A DNA stretch of 53,221 nucleotides from Deltaproteobacteria bacterium (lineage in GTDB: Bacteria > Desulfobacterota > GWC2-55-46 > DRQE01). How positions within the stretch are numbered: the first letter of the stretch is position 1; each line of letters starts with the position of its first letter. Where the stretch lies: NCBI GenBank assembly GCA_030636245.1, contig DAOVXI010000001.1:1-53221 (forward strand), in the 5' to 3' direction. The translations under genes and the position numbers were made by a program. Positions 1 through 9,456 of this stretch are shown piece after piece. The notes beneath the pieces were generated by a model. It was not told where the DNA came from. It did no database searches and was given only the letters and a program-made list of their open reading frames with translations.

Positions 1-3000
1 ATCTAAAAGTATCTCTCCTGCGCTCTTTGCCTTGTCAGCGCTTTCAATGCCGGATAACCTGGAAAGGTGGGTAAAGTGCCCTTCTCCGCCCGCTTTATCC
101 AGTGAAATAACGCTTTTTGCGTTATTGTCAACCATTCTTAATCCGCTCTCAAGTTTTCTCAGAAATTCGTAGGAGTCTATCAGCAACTTACCATCACTTT
201 CTTCTATGATATTCTCTTTTACCAACTCTTTTATCGCCTGGCCTGTGTTTTGCCTTCTTATCTTCGGCTTTTCTTTTCCATTCATGAGTAAGAGCGCTTG
301 GGCCATGAACTCTATATCAACTATCCCTCCCCGTCCTGTTTTTATATCAATTCTCTGCGGCCCTTCCTTTGCGATCTCTTTTTCCATCCTGTCTCTTATC
401 CTTAAAAGCTCTGCCTTTTCATCTGTTCCTAAGCCTTTTTCATATATAATTTCTTGTAGTTCTTTTAAGACCCTTTCACCGAGAAGCTTGTCGCCCGAGA
501 CAAACCTTGCGCGTGTCATTGCTTGACGCTCCCAGATCTCAGAGCTTTTCCTGTGATATCTTAGAAAAGCCTCGCTGGATACGACAAGCGCTCCGGCGCT
601 ACCAGAAGGCCTAAGCCTCGCGTCAACCTCGTAAGCCGTTCCATTCCTCGTTCTTACACTTAGGGTGCTTATTATTTTTTGCGCAAGCAGGGCATAATAT
701 TCGTGGTCGACTATCTCTTTTTTGCCCCCTTTCGTGCTGCCGCCTTCCTTATCATAAATAAAGGCAATATCAAGGTCTGAGCCGTATAAGAGCTCTCCGC
801 CTCCGAGCTTTCCAAGACCTACTATGAAAAAACCTTTCTCCTCCGGCTCACCGTATTTTTCCTTAAGCTCTTCCCTTGCAGCAAAGAGCGCTTGCTCTAA
901 ACAGGTCTCGGCAAGAGCTGTCATTTGCTCTGTTATCGTAAAAACGTTTATGCTTCCCATCAGGTCGCAGGAGCCGATGCGGAAGGTCTCAAGGTTCTTG
1001 TACTGTCTTAGAATATTTAATTTGTCCTCATAGTTTTCGGCGCCCTTCATTTTTTTCTCAAGCTCTTTGCTCATTACATCTTTATTCTTAACCGGGGTTT
1101 CGATCTCTTCGGTCAGGAGCAGGTCCAGTCCCTCCGGGCTTTCTATCAGGGTTTGAGACAGGAAGTCGCTTGAGCCGAATATCTTTGATAGGAACCTCAC
1201 AAGCTCCGGGTTTTCTTTGAGCATGGAGTAGATACCGGTCCTGCCGCCGGTGGAAGAGATAAACTTTGAAAAATTATTTAAGGCCATTCGCGGTATCGGT
1301 GATATGATGCAGGAAGAAATGATGAGCGGAGAGAGCTTTTCTATTGCCATCCGTGCAGTTTCGGATATTCTTTTATACTTCATCTTTGAAATCGCACGTA
1401 TCGACGTGAGCACCGCTTCTTTTTCTTCAAAAACACGCATCTTGTCTAGTACCTTAAATGCCTCTTCGTCCGGAAAGTCTTCGCTAAGAAGATCCATCAG
1501 TTCTTTGGTTGATTCTCCCTTGAGCTCTTCTTCGCTTTCATAGAAAAGAGAGTGGTAAATCGAGTGCACGTTCTCAGTTATCTCTTTATATCGTTTTAGA
1601 AATCTATTTGTGCAGCCTTTTTCTTCGCTAAAACCCATCATCTTTGCTATGCGTGCCATGTCTTTATCCTTAACCGGCAAGGCCTGGGTCTGTCTGGCTT
1701 CTATGATCTGGAGCCGGTGCTCAAGGTCTCGAAGAAAACAGTAACTCTGATTAAAAACCAGCTCATCTTCCTTTGATATTAATCCGGCAGCGGTGAGTTT
1801 CTTTATCGCCTCCATTGTGCCGCGCATCCTGAGATCTTTATTCTTTCCGCCGTGGATGATCTGGAGAACCTGCACAAAGAACTCTATCTCCCTGATCCCC
1901 CCACGTCCGAGCTTTACATCCACGGTATCCGGTTTTATCTGCTTTTGGTAAACATCGATCTTTTCCTTCATTTTCTTAAGTTCTTCAATGGCTGTAAAAT
2001 CCAGGTAGCGCCTGAAGACAAAGGGCGTTATCATTTTATGGAACTCTTCTCCCAGCTCCTTGCTGCCGGCAACAGCTCGGGCCTTTATCATGGCGCTTCT
2101 TTCCCAGCTCTGGCCCCAGCTTTCATAGTAGATCTCAAGTGACTGGATCGAGTTTACGAGGTTTCCGCTTTTGCCCTCCGGGCGCAGTTCAAGGTCCACC
2201 CGAAAAACATTTCCAACTTCGGTTGTTTCGTTTATAAGTTTTGTAAATAACTCGGCCAAACGTTTGAAGAACGAGTGGTTGTCTATTTTGCCCGTACCCG
2301 AAGGGTCCTTGCCCGAGGTTTCTCCTTCCGCTCCTTTACATATATATATAAGGTCAATGTCGGATGAGTAGTTCAGCTCCCTGCCTCCGAGTTTTCCAAG
2401 TCCAAGCACCGTGAAGTGCCCTTCTTTTTTGTTCCCGTCCAGGTCCTTATAGTAGGGGGTGCCGTACCTTTCCTTGTTCTTGTGAAGGGAGAACTCGAAA
2501 GCTCTTTCAAGGCAGGCATCTGCCAGGGCCGAGACCTCACCTACTGTTTCTCGTGTGTTGCTTCTCTTTGTCAGGTCGCGAGCGCCGATACGGAGATACT
2601 CTTTGTGTCGATATTGCCTAAGTTCCTTTGAGGCTTTCTCGCTCGTGTCGTCTTGCTTTATAAGCACTTGGAGCGAACGCAGGTGCTCATCGTAAGTAAC
2701 GCTTTTATGCAAGGCGTCTTCAATAAAAAGGTATTTTAGGGTCCCTTTATTTTTTGTGATCTGGGTTGAGAGGTAGTTGGATGAGCCAAGGATAAGAAAT
2801 AGCACGGCCCTTTGTTCTTTATTTTGAATAATGTTTTGAAGCTCCTCGCCGTTGACCCCATCAAGTGCGTGTTCAAAGTTGGTAAGCGCTGAGGTAGCCT
2901 CGGGTGATGTTACGGATAGCTCAAATACATATTTTAATATATTCTCGTTTACTCTGTTTTTTAGTCTTTTAAGGCTCTTAAGCGTTGAGTCGGGATCAAA

Positions 3001-3078
3001 TACCCCCAAAGCACTCAGCTTCTCTTCCGCCGCGGCCGGGTCCATATCTATAAGCTCTATGACATTATGTTCTTTCAT
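1..3078 (-). CDS. glnE: Glutamine synthetase adenylyltransferase/adenylyl-removing enzyme GlnE (3' end runs off the window)
   Basis: The minus-strand frame is open from the ATG (complement of 3076-3078) to position 1. It has no stop in the window, so it is absent from the supplied ORF track. My translation starts MKEHNVIELIDMDPAAAEEKLSALGVF. It contains two GlnE-type nucleotidyltransferase signatures: VKLGRGGIREIEFFVQVLQIIHGG (about 1850-1925) and DIKTGRGGIVDIEFMAQALLL (about 300-350). The + strand ORFs at 206-3199 are antisense shadows. Confidence 0.85.
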   Translation of the reverse strand, partial: MKEHNVIELIDMDPAAAEEKLSALGVFDPDSTLKSLKRLKNRVNENILKYVFELSVTSPEATSALTNFEHALDGVNGEELQNIIQNKEQRAVLFLILGSSNYLSTQITKNKGTLKYLFIEDALHKSVTYDEHLRSLQVLIKQDDTSEKASKELRQYRHKEYLRIGARDLTKRSNTRETVGEVSALADACLERAFEFSLHKNKERYGTPYYKDLDGNKKEGHFTVLGLGKLGGRELNYSSDIDLIYICKGAEGETSGKDPSGTGKIDNHSFFKRLAELFTKLINETTEVGNVFRVDLELRPEGKSGNLVNSIQSLEIYYESWGQSWERSAMIKARAVAGSKELGEEFHKMITPFVFRRYLDFTAIEELKKMKEKIDVYQKQIKPDTVDVKLGRGGIREIEFFVQVLQIIHGGKNKDLRMRGTMEAIKKLTAAGLISKEDELVFNQSYCFLRDLEHRLQIIEARQTQALPVKDKDMARIAKMMGFSEEKGCTNRFLKRYKEITENVHSIYHSLFYESEEELKGESTKELMDLLSEDFPDEEAFKVLDKMRVFEEKEAVLTSIRAISKMKYKRISETARMAIEKLSPLIISSCIISPIPRMALNNFSKFISSTGGRTGIYSMLKENPELVRFLSKIFGSSDFLSQTLIESPEGLDLLLTEEIETPVKNKDVMSKELEKKMKGAENYEDKLNILRQYKNLETFRIGSCDLMGSINVFTITEQMTALAETCLEQALFAAREELKEKYGEPEEKGFFIVGLGKLGGGELLYGSDLDIAFIYDKEGGSTKGGKKEIVDHEYYALLAQKIISTLSVRTRNGTAYEVDARLRPSGSAGALVVSSEAFLRYHRKSSEIWERQAMTRARFVSGDKLLGERVLKELQEIIYEKGLGTDEKAELLRIRDRMEKEIAKEGPQRIDIKTGRGGIVDIEFMAQALLLMNGKEKPKIRRQNTGQAIKELVKENIIEESDGKLLIDSYEFLRKLESGLRMVDNNAKSVISLDKAGGEGHFTHLSRLSGIESADKAKSAGEILLD

Positions 3079-3155
3079 TATTATTAATATATCACTTAAG
3101 AAGCTATTCGGGCAAATCTCTTTTTTTGTTTGGGGGTATAAAAGATATGGGAAAA

Positions 3156-3230
3156 TGGTGGGCGGTACTGGGTTCGAACCAGTGGCTTCCACCGTGTGAA
3201 GGTGACACTCTACCGCTGAGTTAACCGCCC
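3156..3230 (-). tRNA. tRNA-Val (anticodon CAC), CCA encoded
   Basis: The reverse complement is GGGCGGTTAACTCAGCGGTAGAGTGTCACCTTCACACGGTGGAAGCCACTGGTTCGAACCCAGTACCGCCCACCA. It folds by hand into a cloverleaf: 7-bp acceptor GGGCGGT/ACCGCCC, D stem ACTC/GAGT, anticodon stem TCACC/GGTGG with loop TTCACAC, and T stem ACTGG/CCAGT with the TTCGAAC loop. Confidence 0.9.
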
Positions 3231-3335
3231 CTGTGCAGCTCTGCTGCCAGTAAAATAATATAAGAAGTAGTTGTGAGTGTCAAGCACACATACGGCCTCG
3301 TTGCGAAACTTTATACGTGATGATATAATACCAAA

Positions 3336-3758
3336 GTGAAGTATCTGGGAATAGACCTTGGGAAGAAAAGGATCGGCATCGCCTTAAGTGACGATAGCGG
3401 TATTATAGCAGAGCCGTATATACAAATAGAACGGCGCTCAACAAACAGCGCCGTAGACGAGATCTTTGAGATCGTAAAAGAAAAAGAGGTCAACAGGATC
3501 GTTATTGGTCTGCCGCTTCTGGAGGATGGCAATGAGGGCTCCATGGCAAAGGATGTTCTAAAATTTAAGGAAGTACTCGAGACAAGGTGCGGCCTTCATG
3601 TTACCACCTGGGATGAGCGCTTTTCGACAAAGGCTGTTACAAGGGTTCTTATTGACGCGGATGTAAGCAGGAAAAAAAGAAAGAACTCGGTGGATAAACT
3701 TTCAGCTTCGTTTATACTTCAGGGATATCTCGACTATATAAAAAATGATCAAGCGTAA
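3336..3758 (+). CDS. ruvX: Holliday junction resolvase-like RuvX/YqgF
   Basis: N-terminus (M)KYLGIDLGKKRIGIALSD is the YqgF signature. Length 140 aa, GTG start. Overlaps mltG by 14 nt. Confidence 0.85.
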   Translation: MKYLGIDLGKKRIGIALSDDSGIIAEPYIQIERRSTNSAVDEIFEIVKEKEVNRIVIGLPLLEDGNEGSMAKDVLKFKEVLETRCGLHVTTWDERFSTKAVTRVLIDADVSRKKRKNSVDKLSASFILQGYLDYIKNDQA

Positions 3759-4773
3759 AACAATAGAAAAAATATTTTTGCTGACCACAACCATTGCGAT
3801 CCTTTTGGTCATGCATCTTCATAAACTCATGTACCTTCCGGCAGACCCGGCAGGGGCCCCTGTTATTGTTATGATTGAACGCGGGGACGCGTTTTCAACG
3901 ATAACGCAGAGGCTCTTTAAAAAAGGTGTTATTAATGACAAAAAAGGTTTTAAGCTCGCAGGCCTGATCAAGGGCGCCCATTCAAAGTTAAAGGTCGGTG
4001 CTTACGACCTCAGCTCCTCCATGACACCGGTTGAGATATTAAATGTTCTGGTAAGCGGAAAAACAAAGAAACATCGTGTAACCTTTCCCGAGGGTTATAC
4101 GATATGGGATATGGCGGCGCTGCTCTTAAATAAAAAATTACTTGATGAGCAAGGGAGCAAGAAGTTCATAAACCTCGCGATGGACCCAATTTTCTCAAAG
4201 GGGCTTGGCGTGGAAGGCGGCACCCTTGAAGGATTTCTTTTTCCAGATACATATGACTTTAATTATGGTGTTTCGGTAGAGGAAATTCTCAGGATACTGG
4301 TCTCACGCTTTAACGAGATCTACGATAAGGAGCTACGCTACCTCGAGCTGCCGCGCGGCTTTACCATAGGCGATATAGTAACGCTTGCATCTATTGTTCA
4401 GAAGGAGACGGGTGTGGTTGAGGAGATGGCGCTCATCTCCTCGGTTTTCCATAATAGACTTTTAAAGGGCTACAGGCTTCAAAGCGACCCGACGATAATT
4501 TACGGCATTATGCGTATCAGAGAGTTCAACGGGAACCTCACCAGAAAGGATCTTAAGGAAAAGACAGCTTATAATACCTATGTGATCTATGGGTTGCCCC
4601 CGGGTCCTGTGGCTAACCCCGGTAAGGACGCATTAATAGCCGCGTATCGTCCCGCAAATGAGAACTATCTGTACTTTGTCTCGAAGAATGATGGAACCCA
4701 TAAGTTCTCAAAGAACTTGGCGGAACATAATAAAGCCGTGCGGTTTTATCAAAAGGAATATTTTAGGAAGTAA
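3745..4773 (+). CDS. mltG: Endolytic murein transglycosylase MltG (YceG family)
   Basis: N-terminal membrane anchor. YceG-type core with LASIVQKETG, HNRL and QSDPT motifs. Length 342 aa. Confidence 0.85.
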   Translation: MIKRKTIEKIFLLTTTIAILLVMHLHKLMYLPADPAGAPVIVMIERGDAFSTITQRLFKKGVINDKKGFKLAGLIKGAHSKLKVGAYDLSSSMTPVEILNVLVSGKTKKHRVTFPEGYTIWDMAALLLNKKLLDEQGSKKFINLAMDPIFSKGLGVEGGTLEGFLFPDTYDFNYGVSVEEILRILVSRFNEIYDKELRYLELPRGFTIGDIVTLASIVQKETGVVEEMALISSVFHNRLLKGYRLQSDPTIIYGIMRIREFNGNLTRKDLKEKTAYNTYVIYGLPPGPVANPGKDALIAAYRPANENYLYFVSKNDGTHKFSKNLAEHNKAVRFYQKEYFRK

Positions 4774-4791
4774 AGCGACTGGTATCTTTTC

Positions 4792-5880
4792 TTATTTCTT
4801 TTTCTCTACACCGTATGGTGTGTACTTTTCTTTTAACCCGCTTGAGAGGTGAACCTTTTTTTTATCGTCAATAACCAAGCCCTCTACCTTGTCTAATCTT
4901 TCAATTAGTTTTATGCTTTTTTTTGCTCCAAGGACAAAAACAGCCGTGCTCACAGCGTCAGCAAGTGTCGGGTCACTGCTTATAATGGTTACCCCCATAG
5001 TGCCTAAAGCCGGGTAGCCTGTTGCCGGGTCTATTATGTGATGGTATCTTTTGCCCTCGAGCTCAAAGAATCTTTCGTAGTCACCCGAGGAGGCAACAGC
5101 CCCTCCGTCTATTAGTATGGTGCCTGTTATTCCTCTTTTGCTTCTCGGGTCCTGAACCCCAACGGTAAACGGCTCCGCATGTGTTGGGTCTTTATAAAGG
5201 GTCATGTCTCCACCGGCTTTTATTATCGCCCAGTCTACATCGTTTGCTTTTAAGACCTCAAGTGCCCTCTTAACGATGTATCCTTTTGCCACGCCACCGA
5301 GGTTCAACCTCATGCCTTTTTCCATGGAGACGGTGCCTTTTTCTTCATTTACCGTGATCTTCTTATATCCTATGTTTTTCTTGCCTTCTTTGATCTCGCT
5401 CTCGGTAGGCGGGGTTTTTTCTTCATCACTGTTTATGTTCCAGAGCTTTATTAGAGGGCCGGCACTTGGGTCAAAGGCTCCTCCTGAAAGTTCCGCGATC
5501 CTGAGCGCTACTTTTAAGACCTCCATGGTTTCTTTGCTAACCAAGACCTCTTTAACGCCAGAGTTTATCCTGGATACATCACTCTCTTTTTTGTAGCTAC
5601 TCAGGATGTTTTCAAGACGCTCTATTTCCAGAAATGCTTTTTCGGCAACCTCGCGAGCCTCCGCCTCGCTTAGCTTCTCCGTGCCCACGGCAATCTGTAC
5701 GAGGGTTCCCATGAGGATCTTGCTGGATGTGGCGGAATTGTTGTCTTTTCTTAGATCAAGGGAGATAAGGTAGCCGCCACAGATAAGCAAGACAGTGGCA
5801 ATGACAATGTAAATGGTTATTTGTTTGCGGTTTGAATGTTCGCTGTGAGCGGTGACGTAGGGCTTTTTACTGCTCTCCAT
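4792..5880 (-). CDS. apbE: FAD:protein FMN transferase, ApbE family (membrane-anchored)
   Basis: ApbE motifs GGVAKGY, SGDYERFFELEGKRYHHIIDPATG and a TxxxADALSTA-like segment (TLADAVSTAV). N-terminal hydrophobic anchor. Confidence 0.85.
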   Translation of the reverse strand: MESSKKPYVTAHSEHSNRKQITIYIVIATVLLICGGYLISLDLRKDNNSATSSKILMGTLVQIAVGTEKLSEAEAREVAEKAFLEIERLENILSSYKKESDVSRINSGVKEVLVSKETMEVLKVALRIAELSGGAFDPSAGPLIKLWNINSDEEKTPPTESEIKEGKKNIGYKKITVNEEKGTVSMEKGMRLNLGGVAKGYIVKRALEVLKANDVDWAIIKAGGDMTLYKDPTHAEPFTVGVQDPRSKRGITGTILIDGGAVASSGDYERFFELEGKRYHHIIDPATGYPALGTMGVTIISSDPTLADAVSTAVFVLGAKKSIKLIERLDKVEGLVIDDKKKVHLSSGLKEKYTPYGVEKKK

Positions 5881-5947
5881 TTGTTATTCCTGTTTGAGTG
5901 TTTAGTGGGTGCGGCGGGGTTGTATTAATGCGTAGTATTTATGGTGC

Positions 5948-6598
5948 TCAAAACTCTTCGTCATCTGCCTCTGATTTGTCCAGCATGCCGACAGGGGTCT
6001 CTTCTCTTCTGGCGGCGCCCCCGGTTCTTTCGGATTTGCTCTTACAGTCAACACAGAGGTTTGTGAAAGGAAGTGCCATGAGCCTGCTTTGACCGATCGG
6101 TTCACCGCAGTCATCACAATGTCCGTAGTCTTTGTCCGCAAGGTGCTCAAGCGCCTCTTCTATCTCGATTAGTCGATTGCGCTCCCTGTCCCCAAGCGTC
6201 AGTGTCAGCTCCCGCTCTCTTTCACTGCTTGCTATATCATATATATCGCCCATTTCGAACTTGCCTTCAGTGCTTTCGTTCTTGATCTTGTTTGACAGCT
6301 CTCCGAGGATACGCTTTTTATCTTCAAGCAGTTTACTCTTAAGCTGTTTTATGAAGGCGGCTTTGCCAAGGGGTTTTTGCTGGCTGATGTTGGATGGTGT
6401 AGACACTGCTTTTTTAACGGTCATCTTTTTAGGTGCCGCTTTTTTTGGAGCAGACTTCCGCGCTACAGCTTTTTTGCTTACGGTGGTTTTCTTTTTAACG
6501 CCTGTTGATTTCGTTTTTGCGGCCGTAGAGGTTTTTTTCTTAACAGCCGGCTTCTTTGCGCCGCTAACAGGCTTTTTCTTTGTAATTTTTTTAGTCAT
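5948..6598 (-). CDS. DksA/TraR-family C4 zinc-finger protein with Lys/Ala/Pro-rich histone-H1-like N-terminal tail
   Basis: The C-terminal part has the DksA coiled-coil region plus CDDCGEPIGQSRLMALPFTNLCVDC (CxxC-N17-CxxC). The first ~75 aa are KKPAVKKKTSTAAKTKSTGVKKK... low-complexity basic repeats. An acidic tail (DKSEADDEEF) ends the protein. Confidence 0.8.
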   Translation of the reverse strand: MTKKITKKKPVSGAKKPAVKKKTSTAAKTKSTGVKKKTTVSKKAVARKSAPKKAAPKKMTVKKAVSTPSNISQQKPLGKAAFIKQLKSKLLEDKKRILGELSNKIKNESTEGKFEMGDIYDIASSERERELTLTLGDRERNRLIEIEEALEHLADKDYGHCDDCGEPIGQSRLMALPFTNLCVDCKSKSERTGGAARREETPVGMLDKSEADDEEF

Positions 6599-6607
6599 GA
6601 GCTAAGA

Positions 6608-6635
6608 AGTATACAATATTTTTCGTTTTTGTCAA
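6608..6635 (-). promoter_or_regulatory. Sigma-70-type promoter TTGACA-16 nt-TATACT for the DksA-like gene, -10 ends 9 nt before the ATG
   Basis: On the minus strand, TTGACA is the complement of 6630-6635 and TATACT is the complement of 6608-6613. No Shine-Dalgarno is present between the -10 and the ATG at 6598. A 10-bp perfect inverted repeat, ACAATATTTT (6613-6622) / AAAATATTGT (6639-6648), brackets the -35. Confidence 0.5.
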
Positions 6636-6677
6636 AGCAAAATATTGTGTATCGATCGATATTTATTAATGTGTGGT

Positions 6678-6705
6678 TTGACATCTCAAGCCATTGTAAT
6701 ATAAA
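6678..6705 (+). promoter_or_regulatory. Putative sigma-70 promoter TTGACA-16 nt-TATAAA for mnmG
   Basis: TTGACA at 6678-6683 and TATAAA at 6700-6705. AGGAGAG RBS at 6726-6732, ahead of the ATG at 6734. Confidence 0.4.
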
Positions 6706-6733
6706 ATAAAGACTTTCCATTACCTCAGGAGAG

Positions 6734-8650
6734 ATGATAGTGAAGAGCACAAACAATAAATATGACATAATTGTAGTTGGCGCGGGCCATGCAGGCATTG
6801 AGGCTGCGCTTGCCGCCTCCAGGCTTGGCCAAAGATGTTGCGTTCTTACCATCTCTACCGCGACGATCGGGGAGATGTCCTGCAACCCTGCGATAGGTGG
6901 CGTTGCCAAGGGTCATCTGGTAAAGGAGATCGACGCACTTGGAGGGATGATGGCACAAGCCATAGATGCCACAGCCATACAGTTCCGTACCCTTAACCAG
7001 AGCAAAGGTCCTGCCGTTAGAAGTTCGCGGGCGCAGGCTGATCGACACGCTTATAGCGCCTACATGAGAGATGTTATTTTAGGAGACCCCAATATTGAGG
7101 TTGTTGAGGGTGTAGCAGCTTCAATTTTAACTGAAACGCACGATAAAGTGCCTGAAGTTGTTGGTTTACTCCTCGAAAACGACATTAAGTTGTATTCCAG
7201 AGCTGTTATTGTTACAACCGGCACTTTTTTAAGTGCTCTCATGCATACCGGTGATAAAACTACAGCCGGGGGCAGGGTCGGAGAGAGGGATGGCGGAGAT
7301 CTATCAAAAAGTCTTAAAGATCTAGGACTTACGCTCGGTAGGCTCAAAACCGGAACGCCGGCAAGGCTAAAAAGATCTACAATTGATTTTAGTAAAATGG
7401 AGGAGCAGGCGGGAGATCAACCAATAAAACCCTTTTCTTTTGTAAGCCAGCCAATTGAAAGGGAGCAGACAAGTTGCCACATAACCTATACAAATGAGTT
7501 AACTCACCGTATTATAAGCGAAAATATGGAGCGCTCCCCTCTTTACAGCGGAAAGATAAAGGGGATAGGACCAAGGTATTGCCCCTCAATAGAGGATAAA
7601 ATAGTTAAATTTCCCGATAGGTTACGTCACCAGATATTTATCGAGCCCGAGAGCCTTACAACAGACCATATATATCCCAATGGCCTCTCGACAAGCATGC
7701 CGGAGGATGTTCAGTTAAAATTCCTTAGAAGTATTAAGGGGTTAGAAGAAGTCGAGGTGGTTTGTTACGGATATGCCGTTGAGTATGACTATGTAGACCC
7801 CGTGGAGTTGTCCCCAACCCTTGAAACAAAGAAGGTCAGCGGCCTCTACACAGCGGGTCAGATAAACGGCACCTCCGGTTACGAGGAGGCCGCTAGCCAG
7901 GGTCTTATTGCCGGAGCAAATGCCGGGCTTAAGTTACTCGGCAAGCCCCCTCTGATACTTAAGAGATCGGATGCCTATATAGGTGTGCTCATTGACGACC
8001 TTGTGACAAAGGGCACTAAAGAGCCATATAGGCTCTTTACCTCGCGGGCTGAGTACAGGCTACTTCTGCGTGAGGATAATGCCGATAGGCGGCTAAGAGA
8101 CAGGGCTTATGCTTGCGGGCTAATAGATGATGAGGTCTATGAAAAGTATCTTCAAAAAAAGAAAAGCATAGAAGAAGGCATAGAGAGGCTCGCCTCTTTA
8201 AAGGTGCTGCCTACAAAAAAATTCTGTGAGAAGGTAGAGGCAAAGGGGCTTGGGACGGTAAAGAAGCAGACAACCTTAAAGGAGCTTTTGAGGCGACCGG
8301 AGGCAAGTATCGGAAAAATTATTGAGTTGGCAGAGGAGCTTGGCTACGATAATATGATATTTAGCGATGAGGTTGCAAACTCCATAGAGATTGAGGTAAA
8401 GTATGAAGGCTACATTGCCAGGCAGCTGGAGGAGATAGGAAGACACAAAAAAACAGAGGAAACGCTTATTCCGGATGGTTTTTCATTTGATGGGGTGCCG
8501 GGGCTTTCTCGTGAGGTTGTTGAAAAGCTATCAAACGTGCGGCCGCTCTGTATAGCCCAGGCAGGTAGAATTCCCGGCGTAACACCGGCCGCCATAAGTA
8601 TGCTCATGGTAATATTAAAAAAACAAGAAGGAGGCACGATAAATGGATAG
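6734..8650 (+). CDS. mnmG: tRNA uridine-5-carboxymethylaminomethyl synthesis enzyme MnmG (GidA)
   Basis: [19 protein letters not shown]-binding N-terminus, [11 protein letters not shown] motif, 638 aa. Confidence 0.95.
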   Translation: MIVKSTNNKYDIIVVGAGHAGIEAALAASRLGQRCCVLTISTATIGEMSCNPAIGGVAKGHLVKEIDALGGMMAQAIDATAIQFRTLNQSKGPAVRSSRAQADRHAYSAYMRDVILGDPNIEVVEGVAASILTETHDKVPEVVGLLLENDIKLYSRAVIVTTGTFLSALMHTGDKTTAGGRVGERDGGDLSKSLKDLGLTLGRLKTGTPARLKRSTIDFSKMEEQAGDQPIKPFSFVSQPIEREQTSCHITYTNELTHRIISENMERSPLYSGKIKGIGPRYCPSIEDKIVKFPDRLRHQIFIEPESLTTDHIYPNGLSTSMPEDVQLKFLRSIKGLEEVEVVCYGYAVEYDYVDPVELSPTLETKKVSGLYTAGQINGTSGYEEAASQGLIAGANAGLKLLGKPPLILKRSDAYIGVLIDDLVTKGTKEPYRLFTSRAEYRLLLREDNADRRLRDRAYACGLIDDEVYEKYLQKKKSIEEGIERLASLKVLPTKKFCEKVEAKGLGTVKKQTTLKELLRRPEASIGKIIELAEELGYDNMIFSDEVANSIEIEVKYEGYIARQLEEIGRHKKTEETLIPDGFSFDGVPGLSREVVEKLSNVRPLCIAQAGRIPGVTPAAISMLMVILKKQEGGTING

Positions 8651-9281
8651 CGCAGAAAAAAGTCAGCTTGTTGAAGGAGCTAAATTGTTTGGGGTAGAGC
8701 TGACAGATAAAATGATAGAGCAGTTTTCGATCTATATGGAAGAGCTTGAAAAATGGAACAAGGCTATAAACCTGACCAGTGTTAAGGGTGAAGACACTGT
8801 GGTACGCCACTTTATAGACTCTATGATCCCCTTAAAGTCCATAAAACCGGGAGATAAGGTTCTGGATATAGGCACGGGAGCCGGCTTTCCGGGGCTTGTT
8901 CTAAAGATCGTTGAACCGAGCCTTGAGGTGACCCTTTTGGACTCGGTCGAGAAGAAAACCCATTTCATAAAGGACGTTGTCAGAAAATGCGGACTTGAGG
9001 GTGTAACCATAGAGGCAGGCAGGGTCGAGGATGACTCTACAAAAGAAAAATTGGGCAGGGTCTTTGACTGCACCGTTTCCAGAGCATTCGCCGTTCTGGA
9101 TGATTTTTATAAGGCTTCAAAGGATTATGTTAAAAAGGGCGGAAAGGTAATAGCACTTAAGGGTCCGGTCACGGGGGCGCTTATGGAAGAGCTTGAGAAA
9201 ACATCCGTTCGCTATGACGTTACTGATGTGGAGGTGCCGGGTTCTCTGCGAAAAGCCACGCTTGTTGTAAGGAGTCGCTGA
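8643..9281 (+). CDS. rsmG: 16S rRNA (guanine527-N7)-methyltransferase RsmG (GidB)
   Basis: Follows mnmG with an 8-nt overlap. SAM motif [13 protein letters not shown]. Length 212 aa. Confidence 0.9.
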   Translation: MDSAEKSQLVEGAKLFGVELTDKMIEQFSIYMEELEKWNKAINLTSVKGEDTVVRHFIDSMIPLKSIKPGDKVLDIGTGAGFPGLVLKIVEPSLEVTLLDSVEKKTHFIKDVVRKCGLEGVTIEAGRVEDDSTKEKLGRVFDCTVSRAFAVLDDFYKASKDYVKKGGKVIALKGPVTGALMEELEKTSVRYDVTDVEVPGSLRKATLVVRSR

Positions 9282-9282
9282 T

Positions 9283-9298
9283 TGTTCCACGTGGAACA
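9283..9298. promoter_or_regulatory. parS centromere-like site 1 (TGTTCCACGTGGAACA, perfect palindrome)
   Basis: Matches the chromosomal parS consensus TGTTNCACGTGAAACA. Lies directly after the rsmG stop and upstream of parAB. Confidence 0.85.
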
Positions 9299-9320
9299 AT
9301 GGGTAGGGTGTCTTTTAGGA

Positions 9321-9336
9321 TGTTCCACGTGGAACA
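9321..9336. promoter_or_regulatory. parS centromere-like site 2 (TGTTCCACGTGGAACA)
   Basis: Identical 16-mer, 38 bp centre-to-centre from site 1. Confidence 0.85.
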
Positions 9337-9456
9337 TCCGCTCAGAGCGTTTAAGCAATAAGGCGGTGTAAAGGCCAAAAAAACCTTTGCTTCTTTGTCT
9401 TACTGTGATAAACTTTTCAGTGTTTTACTAATGCAAGGCTTGATAGGGAGAAGAAG

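Noticed and set aside
206-3199. Seven + strand ORFs of 66-115 aa (206-526, 824-1033, 1250-1543, 1852-2142, 2171-2371, 2416-2631, 2852-3199)
   Set aside because: All lie antisense to the continuous glnE reading frame. The last one also reads through the tRNA-Val gene. They are low-complexity Ser/Phe/Leu-rich translations.
5902-6605. ORFs 5902-6150 (-), 5898-6092 (+) and 6132-6605 (+) overlapping the DksA-like gene
   Set aside because: They are alternative-frame or antisense readings of a gene with a clear zinc-finger signature. Their biased composition comes from the Lys-rich (AAG/AAA) coding strand.
6599-6733. oriC / DnaA-box cluster next to mnmG, and likewise at 9337-9456 upstream of parA
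   Set aside because: I found no match to TTATCCACA/TGTGGATAA better than partial (TGTGGTTTG, TGTGATAAA), and no DnaA-box array or AT-rich 13-mer repeats. The origin is probably nearby but outside this window.
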